Positions 13,170-24,120 of a stretch of DNA of 64,000 bases are shown here, one piece after another. Numbering within the stretch: the stretch's first letter is position 1; each line of letters opens with the position of its first letter. Source of the DNA: Prorocentrum cordatum (taxonomy: Eukaryota); assembly GCA_963575745.1 (NCBI GenBank), contig CAUYUJ010000219.1, forward strand, positions 1 to 64,000. The letters are read 5' to 3'. The position numbers were made by a program, and so were the translations under genes. The notes below the pieces were generated by a model that made no database searches, was not told where the DNA came from, and saw only the letters and a list, made by a program, of their open reading frames with translations.

Positions 13170-13570
13170 AAAATTGCCCCCGCGAAGTTGCCCGCGCGAG
13201 ATTGCCCGTACGAGATTGCCCGCGCGAGATGGCCCCTGAACTGCCGCCCAGAAGGGCAGCACGGAGCGGCCCAAAAATTGATTCCCCAGGCTCGTTTGCG
13301 AGCGCCCGGCCGCGACTGCAAGCGACCCCCCAAAAAAAACCAAAGCCGCCCGAGACCTTCGCACAACAGTTTCGTGCTGACAATTTCGTGCGGCAGCTCG
13401 TTGCGCACTCCGTGCTGCAACTCGCGAAGCAATTCGAGCCAAATTTCGTGTTCGTGCGGAATGAAATTCGTGTTCGCGCGAGCATGCCTTCGTGTTCGTG
13501 CGGAAACAATTTCTTGCTCGTGCGAGAAAGCTGTCGCGTTCGTGCGACCGCAATTTCGTGCTCGTGCAGG
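13170..13570. repeat. Short tandem repeats (ttgcccgcgcgaga ~14 bp; tttcgtgttcgtgcg ~19-20 bp)
   Basis: Direct reading of the repeated units. Confidence 0.7.
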
Positions 13571-14041
13571 AGTGAACTCGCGCTCAGGCAGCATTCGATT
13601 TGCATTTGCACGGCAACTACGCTGTTCACTGCCAGGGACTACAGCCGGCACGCCACGCGACGCGCAGACATGACAAAGCACGACAGCCAACTACCACGGG
13701 ATCAATGCAAAACAACGCGCGGCCACGGACCCATCCGCGCGCGGCAGCGCCACCTACGCAGTCACAGCAACCCTCTTCCCATCTGGACGAAAAGTCGCAA
13801 ACGTCCCCGTTTCGTTACCAAGGGTTGGACACCTACAGTCGGGGCGCTGACTTAAGCCTAAGGAACCCTGAATAAGGACCGAAGCCCCCTAACTCCAGAA
13901 ATGAGAGAACGTGATCCACCGCCACTTTACTGTGGAAGATTGCCGCCCGAACCCGCCCCCCCCCCTCCGAAAATTCCCCCCCCTGCTGGACCCCCCCCCT
14001 CTCCCCGCCCCGGCAAACCCCCCCCCTCCCCCCTCCCCCTC

Positions 14042-14985
14042 GAAAACCGGGGGGGTCACTACCGGTTCGACCCCCCCCCCCCTCGAAAACCGGAGGGGGG
14101 GGTCACTACCGGTTCGAACCCCTCCCCACCCCCCCCCTCTCACCGCCAGCAAACGACTCCCGGTCCCTACCACCGTCCTCACCACATCCCCCACTGTTGT
14201 TCCCAGCACCACTGTCCTCACCACCACTGTCCCCACTGGTTCCACCACCGCCCCTACTGTCCCCACCAGTGCCACCACCACTGTCGCACTGTCCCCACTG
14301 TCCCCACCACTGTTCCCACCACGGCTCCACTCTCCCAACTTTCTCCACGGCCCAATCACTGCCCGACTGTCCCCACTGTCCCCACTGTCCCACTGACTCC
14401 CCCGCTGTCCCACTGAGCTGTCCCACTGTTCCCACCACTGTCCCCACTGTCCCCACCACTGTCCCCACTGTACCTCTGTCCCATTGTCCCACCGCCGTCC
14501 TCGCCACCGCCTTCACCACTGTCCCCACCACCACTGTACCCTCCACTGTCCTACTGTTTCCACCACATTCCCACTGTCCCCACACCACTGTCCCCACCAC
14601 CACCGTCCCCACCACTGTCCCACTGTCCCCACTGTTCCCACCATTGTCCTCACCATTGTCCCCACCACTACCGTCCCCACCACTGTCCCACTGTCCCCAC
14701 CACTGTCCCGCTGTCCCCTCACCACTGTCCCCACCACCACTGTCCCCACCACTGTCCGCACCCCCCCTCGGTTTTCGAGTGGGGGGGGGAGGGGGGGTTC
14801 GAACCCGTGGTGACCCTCCCCCCGTTTTCGAGTTCGAGTTCGAGTTCGAACCGGTAGTGACCCCCCCCCTTTTCATGATGAACTGGAAGGGGGGGGGGGA
14901 GGGGTTCGAACCGGCAGTGACCCCCCCCGGTTTTCAGGAGGGGGGGGGAGGGGTTCGAACCGGTAGTGACCCCCCCCCGGTTTTC
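14042..14985. mobile_element. Foldback element with reiterated subterminal motif and internal (ccactgtcc/cca)n minisatellite
   Basis: [34 protein letters not shown] motif x2 on the left; inverted tcgaaccggtagtgaccccc x4 on the right. The interior is 9-12-bp tandem repeats. Confidence 0.75.
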
Positions 14986-15317
14986 CGCCAGCAGCGGTAG
15001 AACACGCTCCTTCCCAGAAGTCAAACTTCGACTTCCCATCGAAAACCCAAGGAAAACCCGAGGCAACCTGTGAAACAACGAAGGAACGCGGAGCCCCTCC
15101 CCAACGGAAAGAGTTCCTTCTCCAGCGCCACTGCACGACACCTGCTCGGACCCCTTCTGAGAGGCCGAGGCTCGGACGTGCAGCCGACTGCTCTGCAGGC
15201 TGCCCCCTCCGCTGGCCCCGCGGGCGGCCGAGGACCCGACCACGAGGGCCTCCGCCCGCGGCCCAAGGCTGGCCCACACGGCCGCCCGCGGGGCCTGCCT
15301 GCACATCGGCCGCGGGC

Positions 15318-15348
<31 letters not shown>

Positions 15349-16420
15349 CGCGGCCCGCAGAACTCCTCCGACACCGCCTGTGACGGGTCCACTTCCCACC
15401 ACCACTGCCACAAGGAGGACGGGGCAGAAGGGAGGATGGGGAGGTCCTCCTCCTCCTCCTCCTCCTCCTCCTCCTCCTCCTGCTCCTCCTCCTCCTCCTC
15501 CTCCTCCTCCTGCTCCTCCTCCTTCTCCTCCTCCTCCTCCTCCTCCTCCTCCTCCTCCTCCTCCTCCTTCCTCTTGGTGGTCCTCCGACATCACCTGGGA
15601 GATGTTTTGATTTGCGGCGCCTTGGGTCCAAGCTGCGGTCGAGCTGTGACAGGGCTGCTGTTGACCGAATAAGGCACCAGAGGCGACAGCAGCTGCGGGA
15701 GGACCAGCACCTCCGACACGCAGAAGGCATGTATGCACAACCCCCAAACCTGGCGAGGACGATCTGGGCCCTGGGATTCAAGGGCAGAATATCCACCCTC
15801 ATCATGAGCACCCCGAAGAGAGAAGCTTTCAGTACACGCGCCCAAGCAAGGAGTCGAACAGGACAGGACTGCTCGAGAAACGCCCAGCGCTGCTTCGCAA
15901 ACGCCAGTTCATACCGGTCGGGGTGGTGCTTCCTCCCTTGAAAGGTGGTGTGTACGCCCCTTTCTGGCCGAGGCCATGCAAAGACATCCGACGTCGTGAG
16001 TTCCTGAAGACGCGGTCCCCAGAGTTCTGGGTCCGTTCCCCAGGGCCAGCTCTTCAGCCCCGAGTCGTTCTTGACGTCCTGGGCCCCAGCGATGGGCCCC
16101 AGCGAGGGTCCCCAGACGCAGAAAATAGCGACCAACCTCCGTCTCGAGCCCCTCGAGACGCCAGAGGTCTGGGGGGGATCTGCACACCCTGTTGGGACCC
16201 AGCGCTGCTTCGCAAATGCCAGTTTACAAGGGTCGCGGTGGCTCTTCCTAGCCGACGCGAGGGGAATCTATACACCATCCTGTTTTTGTCTGCCGTCATC
16301 CCTGAAGGCAGTTGTCTCGGAAGTGCCCTCGAGCGCCGCTGAACAATGGTTTAAACCGCCGTGTCTATTGGCGGGATGCAACTGGGGGGATAAGTCCAGA
16401 GGGGGAGAGAGGCGCAACCG

Positions 16421-16592
16421 AGGTACAAATTGTACCTACGCCCCACGGAGAAGGTACAATTTGTACCAACGCCACGCAGACAAGGTACAAATTGTATTTT
16501 TGACAACGTCCGCGACATGTGCGAGGATGTTAACGGGGGGGAGAAGGTACAATTTGTACTTGCAACCCGCAGAGAAGGTACAAATTGTACCC
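16421..16592. repeat. Phased 17-bp palindromes AGGTACA(A)WTTGTACCT on a 31-bp period
   Basis: Copies start at 16421, 16452, 16483, 16545 and 16576 (spacings 31, 31, 62, 31). Confidence 0.85.
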
Positions 16593-17337
16593 CAACAAAA
16601 CGGTACCGGATACTCATCCCCCCATGTCCTGATCCCCCCATCGCCATCCGGCCGAGTCTAGAAGCAACCGTCACGCAAGTGTCGGCGGAATCCGCCGCAC
16701 AACCGAGGGACGAGGAATAGGAAGAGAGAGAGGGACGAGGAATAGGAAGGGAGTTATACACCATCCTGGGGCCCAGGATGGCCCTGGCCAATCACGGCGG
16801 ATGCGGCGCCGCCCGGGTCGCTCCAGCGGAGGGCCACCCCAACGCACAGCCGATCGGTGCCCGAGGGCGCCCAGCACCCCCGGCGCGCGGCTAGCTCAGG
16901 CCGCGCGGCCCACGGTCCTGGGCGGGGGAGCGGCACCCAAGGGGGGAAGGCAGCAGGGCGGCGTTTCCTCCTCCTCCTCCTTCTCCTCCTCCTCCTCCTC
17001 CTCCTCCTCCTCCTCCTCCTCCACAATTACACACTATGAAAATACTCTCCCACTTCCCCTGATGGCGTCCGGAAGATATTCGGCACCCCCCCGCGTACTG
17101 TTTTTTTACACACAGGATTCCCCGGAGTTGGGTTTTCGCTTGTGTTTTTTTCTAAAATGCTGCTCTCGCTGAGGCGCCGGCCTCATTTCTGCTCCCGAAT
17201 CGTTCCGAATCGTGCTCCCGCTGCAGCGTGGGCCTCATTTTCGGATCGGTGTTTGGCCTCCGTCGTTCAGGATGGCGTTCTCGCCCCAGCGCGGGCCTCT
17301 TTCTCGCGCGCCCATCCGCCCGCCACCACCGCGCCGC

Positions 17338-18031
17338 ACCACCACCACCACCACCACCACCACCACCACCACCACCACCACCACCACCACCACCACCACA
17401 CCAGCACCAGCACCAGCACCACCACCAACCACCACCACCAGCACCAGCACCAGCACCAGCACCAGCACCAGCACCAGCACCAACCAGCACCAGCACCAGC
17501 ACCAGCACCAGCACCAGCACCAGCACCAGCACCAGCACCAGCACCAACACCACAACCACGCACACACGCACGCACGCACGCGCACCACCACCCACTACGC
17601 ACGCGCGCGCGCGGAGCCACAGGTCCGCTACGACACGCGTCCGCGGATAGAGAGAACCAGCGCCATGGTAAGGGATGGGAGGGAGGGGTAGGACGTCAGA
17701 TATGACGCGAGAGCACCTAGCTTGTCCTCCTCCCCCTCCCCCTCCTTCTCCTCCTCCTCCTCCTCTTCCTCCTCCTCCTCCTCCTCCTTCTGCTCCTCCT
17801 GCTCCTCCTCCTGCTGCTCCGCCTCCGCCTCCTCCTGCTCCTCCTCCTCCTCCTTCCTCCTATTCCTTCCTCCCTTCCTCCTCATCCTAATCCTCCTCCT
17901 CCTCCTCCTCTCCTCCTCCCCTCCTTCTCCTCCGCCGGCCCGTCTCCCACCTCCGCCCTCCGCCCTCCGGCCCTCCTCTCTCCTCCTCCTCCTCCTCCTT
18001 CCTCCTCTCTCCTCCCCTCCTCCTCCTCCTC
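17338..18031. repeat. (CAC)n/(CAGCAC)n and (CCT)n microsatellites
   Basis: Direct reading. Confidence 0.9.
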
Positions 18032-18050
18032 CGCCCGTCTGCCCGAACGC

Positions 18051-18792
<742 letters not shown>

Positions 18793-18896
18793 GGCGGCCT
18801 CGCGGCCGCACCGGCCGCCGAGCCCAGAGAGGCTGGCCAAGGCGGCGCGGCTGCAGGGGCAAGATCGGGGCCCCGTCCCTCACCCCCCCCTCCGCG

Positions 18897-19073
18897 CGAG
18901 GCGGGGATTTATCCATATCCACCGCCTGGGAACCGACGTCCTGGTGCCCCAGAGGGCTGTGGATATGGATATATTTCGGCCCCCGGGGGCCCGAATATGT
19001 CCATATCCACCGCCTGCCGAGGCTCCGAAAAACTGACCCTCCAGGCGGTGGTCATGGATAAATTCCCGCCTCG
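18897..19073. mobile_element. MITE with ~33-bp TIRs
   Basis: cgaggcggggatttatccatatccaccgcctgg versus ccaggcggtggtcatggataaattcccgcctcg; internal copies of ccatatccacc. Confidence 0.75.
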
Positions 19074-19189
19074 GACTCCCTCTGTGGCGGACGAACAACT
19101 TGCACGCATCGCTCGGCATTGAGCGAACGCGCAGGCCAAGCGCGCCGCGCGCAGGCACACGACGGTGGCGCAGTGGACAAGGCCACTGC

Positions 19190-19209
19190 TGCTTCTTCTT
19201 CTTCTTCTT

Positions 19210-19295
<86 letters not shown>

Positions 19296-19296
19296 G

Positions 19297-19380
<84 letters not shown>

Positions 19381-19405
19381 TACTACTACTTTACTACTAC
19401 TACTT

Positions 19406-19441
<36 letters not shown>

Positions 19442-19550
19442 ACGACTTCGNNNNNNNNNNNNNNNNNNNNNNNNNNNNNNNNNNNNNNNNNNNNNNNNNN
19501 NNNNNNNNNNNNNNNNNNNNNNNNNNNNNNNNNNNNNNNNNNNNNNNNNN

Positions 19551-19601
<51 letters not shown>

Positions 19602-19688
19602 CCAGTATCAGCATCAGCATCAGCATCAGCATCAGCATCATCATCAGCAGCGCAGCAGCATCATCATCATCATCATCTTCATCATCCT

Positions 19689-19742
<54 letters not shown>

Positions 19743-19822
19743 CATCAGCATCATCATCATCAGCATCATCATCATCATCATCACCACCATCATCATCATC
19801 ATCATCATCATCATCAGCATCG

Positions 19823-19853
<31 letters not shown>

Positions 19854-20198
19854 CATCATCCTCATCATCATCATCAGCATCAGCATCATCACCATCGTCG
19901 TCATCGTCATCGTCATCGTCATCATCAGCAGCAGCATCATCATCATCAGCATCATCATCATCAGCAGCATCATCATCAGCAGCAGCAGTATCCTCATCAT
20001 CAGCAGCATCATCAGCAGCATCAGCATCATCATCAGCATCACCAGTATCATCATCAGCAGCAGCCGCATCATCATTACCAGCATCATCATCATCATCGTC
20101 AGCATCATCATCATCATCATCATCATCAGCAGCATCATCATACTCAGCATCATCATCATCAGCAGCATCATCATCATCAGCATCATCATCGTCATCAG

Positions 20199-20237
<39 letters not shown>

Positions 20238-20254
20238 AATCGTCATCATCATCG

Positions 20255-20296
<42 letters not shown>

Positions 20297-20325
20297 CCAC
20301 TATCATAATCAGCAGCGTCATCAGT

Positions 20326-20381
<56 letters not shown>

Positions 20382-20543
20382 AAAAAGCATCATCAGCATC
20401 ATCAGCAGCAGCATCAGCATCATCATCAACAGCAGCATCATCATCGTCATCATGTTCAGCAGCAGCAGCATCAGCATCACCATCAGCATCATGATCATCA
20501 TCCTCATCATCCTCATCATCATCATCATCATCAGCATCAGCAG

Positions 20544-20577
<34 letters not shown>

Positions 20578-21355
20578 GTCATCGTCATCAGCATCATCAG
20601 CGTCATCATCATCATGATAATAATCATCATCACCATCATCATCAGCAGCGTCATCGTCAGGAGCAGTAGCATCATCATCACCACCATCAGCATCGTCAGC
20701 ATCATCAGCATCATCAATATCATCATAATCATCATCATCATCAGCAGCAGCATCATCAGGATCATCAGCATCATCATAGACATCAGCATCATCATCATCA
20801 TCGTCATCAGCATCGTCATGAACATCAGCATCATCACCATCATCAGCATCGTCATAATGATTGTCAGCATCGTGAGTTTCATCATCATCAACAACATCGT
20901 CAGCAGCAGTAGCATCATCATGAGCAGCATCATCATCAGCAGCATCAGCATCATCACCATCATCATCATGGGCATCATCAGCAGCATCATCCTCGCCATC
21001 CTCATCCTTTGCCCCATCCTTCTCCTCCTCCCCCTCCTCCTCCTCCTCCTTCGCCTCCTCCCCTCCTCCGTCTCCTCCTCCTCCTCTCTCATCCTCCTCC
21101 CTCCTCCTCCTCCTCCTCCCTCCTCCTCCTCCTCCTCCTCCTCCTCCTCTCCTCCTCCATCCTCCTCCTCCTCCTCCTCCTCCTCCTCCTCCTCCTCCTC
21201 CTCCCTCCTCCTCTCCTCCTCCTCCTCCTCCTCCTCCTCCTCCTCCTCCTCTTCCTCCTCCTCCTCCTCCATCTCCTCCTCGTTCCTCCTCCTCCCCCTC
21301 CCTCCTCCTCCATCTCCTCCACCTTCTCCTCCTCCTCCTCCTCCTCCTCCTACTC
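19190..21355. repeat. (CTA)n, (CAT/CAG)n and (CCT)n microsatellite field containing a 100-N gap (19451-19550)
   Basis: Direct reading. Confidence 0.95.
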
Positions 21356-21645
21356 CGCTGGGCCACCGCCATGACATCTACCACCCCTAGTCATCATCAC
21401 CCTCTTGGCCGCCCCCGAGATCTGGTCCTGAGGGGAACATGGCCCTGGACCCTGAGCGAATCGGCGGAAATCGGCAGACTCGTAGGCCTCCGTTGAGAAA
21501 CCGGAATCCAAATTGAAACCCGGCGGTATAGAAATCGAAGCCATCGAGTTCGAATCGAACGTCGGATCGTCGATGGCCCCTCTTGGCCGATCGTGAGGCC
21601 CCCCAAGATACCCGAAGGGGGCTCCCCGCTGGCCAGGCCGCCCCA

Positions 21646-22187
21646 GGCAAGAGGCTCGGCACCGCGCTAGCCATCGGCGAGGGGCTCCCAGGGCTCGGCC
21701 AAGGGCCCCTGGAGGCCGAAAGCTGCCAAAGGCCCGGCGCCATGAGCTTTGTGCACGACGCGAGGCCCCCTGGATTTCCCCCACCTGGTTGCCCGAATAG
21801 AGGCCTCCTGAATGGGGTCCGAATAGATGGGGTAGGAGGATCGCGCCGCATCGCCAATGCATCGGCGACTCATCGCCGACGTCGGCGACGCATCGGCGAC
21901 GTCGGCGTGGAGAAAATCAGGCTACGCATCGAGCCGCATCGTCGATACATCGGCGATGCGGCCCAACGTCGATGCATCGGCGATGCGGCTCGATCCTCCG
22001 ACTCCATCCACTCGGACCCCATTCAGGAGGCCTTTATTCGGGCAACCAGGGGGGGCGATCCCGGGGGCCTCGCGTCGTGCGCAGAACTCAGGGCGCCGGG
22101 TCTTTGGCAGCTTTCGGTCTCCAGGGGCCCTTGGCCGAGCCCTGGAAGCCCCTCGCCGATGGCCAGCGCGGTGCCGAGCCTCTTGCC
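21646..22187. mobile_element. ~540-bp imperfect palindrome: outer foldback arms around an AGGCCT-ended MITE (21821-22033)
   Basis: ggcaagaggctcggcaccgcgctagccatcggcgaggggct... mirrors ...agcccctcgccgatggccagcgcggtgccgagcctcttgcc. Inner TIR is aggcctcctgaatggggtccga / tcggaccccattcaggaggcct. Confidence 0.85.
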
Positions 22188-22393
22188 GAGGCCTAGACCG
22201 CAGGGGGCTCCCCGCTGGCCAGGCCGCCCCTGGCAAGAGCCTCGGCCGGCCGCGAGGGTGCAGCAGGGCAAGGGGCTCCTCGGCCTCGCACCGTCGGCGC
22301 GGTCAGCGGCGCCGGCAGGCGGGGCACTGAGGGTTGTGCTTGGCGACCCAACGCCAGGTGAGGTTGATGCGCGCGCCCTCGTGGGCGGGCATT

Positions 22394-22892
22394 TCCTCCT
22401 CCTCCTCCTCCTCCTCCTCCTCTCCTCCTCCTCCGCCTCCTCCCTCCTCCTCCTCCTCCTCCTCCTCCTCCTCCTCCTCCTCCTCCTCCTCCTCCTCCCT
22501 CCTCCTCCTCCTCCTCCTCCTCCTCCTCCTCCTCCCTCCTCCTCCTCCTCCTCCTCCTCCTCTCCTCCTCCTCCTCCTCCTCCTCCTCCTCCTCCTCTCC
22601 TCCTCCTCCTCCTCCTCCCTCCTCCTCCTCCTCCTCCTCCTCCTCCTCCTCCTCCTCCTCCTCCTCCTCCTCCTCCTCCTCCTCTCCTCCTCCTCCTCCT
22701 CCTCCTCCTCCTCCATCCTCCTCCTCCTCCTCCTCCTCCTCCTCCTCCTCCTCCTCCTCCTCCTCCTCCTCCTCCTCCTCCTCCTCCTCCTCCTCCTCCT
22801 CCTCCTCCTCCTCCTCCTCCTCCTCCTCCTCCTCCTCCTCCTCCTCCTCCTCCTCCTCCTCCTCCTCCTCCTCCTCCTCCTCCTCCTCCTCC
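22394..22892. repeat. (CCT)n tract flanking the LINE-A 5' end
   Basis: Direct reading. Confidence 0.95.
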
Positions 22893-22965
22893 TAGCCGTT
22901 CTGGGGCGAGCCAGGTGCTCGCTCTTGCGGGTGCAATCTTCAGAGCGGCGTGCCCCCGCGGGCCG

Positions 22966-24101
22966 ATGGCGAATGGAGTTGCAGGTGGCACGCGCGGTGC
23001 CAGCCAGGGTGGCGACCCCTGGACGTGCCGCTCGTGTGCTGATGGCTACGCCAACATGGCATGGCGCACGGAGCGCAGGCTCTGCAAGGCGGCGAGGCCG
23101 CCACGCGGCGCTGGCACGATCGGCGAGGCCATCAAGAAGGCCAAGGCGAAGGCCAAGGCCAAGGGGAAGGAGAAGGTCGTGGCGAAGCGCGTGCGCTTCG
23201 CCTCGGACGTGCCTGGGCCTGCCGCCGCCGCGGCCACGCCGGCGCCGTGGGCGCAGGGCGCGGCCAAGCGGGAGGCGGAGGAGCGGCCCAGCGGCAGCGG
23301 CGGCAAGGACGAGGAGGTTCGCCAGGCCCTCCTCCGCCACTTTGGCCCCAGGGAAGGCTGGTCGGCGGCCCTGGTCCAGGACTTCGGGGCCCTGGTGCCT
23401 GTGGTGGACGCGCCGCCGCCAGCGAAGCCCTTGGCAGGGAGGCGAAGATCAAGGGCCAGGTCAGCCGTGCCGAGGCAGCGCTGGTGGCCGTCCAGGAGGA
23501 GCAGGCGGCCGTCGCGGTCCGCGTGGCGGAGCAGGCGGACGTCCTCCAGAAGCGGCGCGACCAGCTGGAGGAGGTGGCCGAGGCTGCGCGCGCGAGGAAG
23601 CGGGCTGACCTGGAGCAGCACAAGGGGCCGTCGCCCATGGAGGTGGGCGAGCCTGTGGAGGCCGAGGACGGCCTGGGCAAGGTGCTGTTCAAGGGCCTCG
23701 AGGGCCTCGAGGCGGAGCGGGAGCGGGTCCTCTTGCTCGGGGAGGAGGGCGGCGCCCTGCTCGCGATGGCCGCGGAGGCCCGCAGCCTCGTGGAGAAGCT
23801 CGCCGCCGCCGACGCCCGCGCTCGTGAGGCAGCGGCGGCCGAGCGGGCCCGCGCTGCTGCAGCCGCGGCCGAGCGGGCCGCCGCGGCGCAGGAGGCCGCC
23901 CCCGCGGCTGATGGCAGTGATGACGGCGCTGATGGTTCTCCTGGGGACCGCAAGCGCGTCGGCGACCTCGACCTCGGCCCCGAGCTCGTCGGGCTCGACG
24001 CCGTGTTCGACGAGGTGGGCATGGAGGACGAGCAGCAGCGCGCAGCCTGGCGCGCAGCGCTGGCCAAGCGCCAGCGGGTGGCAGGCCCCGCCTCTGGGTA
24101 G
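22966..24101 (+). CDS. LINE-A ORF1 (RanBP2-like zinc finger + coiled coil), apparent 1-nt frameshift near 23435-23441
   Basis: ATG at 22966; WTCRSCADGYANMAWRTERRLCKAARP resembles a W-x-C-x2-C..N..C finger. Protein-like coiled-coil sequence (EAKIKGQVSRAEAALVAVQEEQ...) continues in the 23061-24101 frame to TAG. Confidence 0.7.
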
Positions 24102-24120
24102 CCGCCCGCGGGCGGCTAAC

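Noticed and set aside
14110..14965. tRNA genes suggested by GGTTCGAACC (T-loop/B-box-like) motifs
   Set aside because: No cloverleaf or A-box. The motif is a subterminal repeat of a foldback element.
16421..16592. Mini-CRISPR
   Set aside because: The linkers are only 14 bp and similar to each other, and there are no cas genes.
16780..16960. Next GH3 exon (PAAFPP...ELAARRG resemblance)
   Set aside because: The splice phase does not join exon 3 cleanly and the motif similarity is too weak.
19119..21390. Long poly-His/Ile/Met/Asp/Pro ORFs (also 2443-3636, 29614-31882, 60440-61439)
   Set aside because: These are translations of trinucleotide microsatellites, open in several frames, and some cross an N gap.
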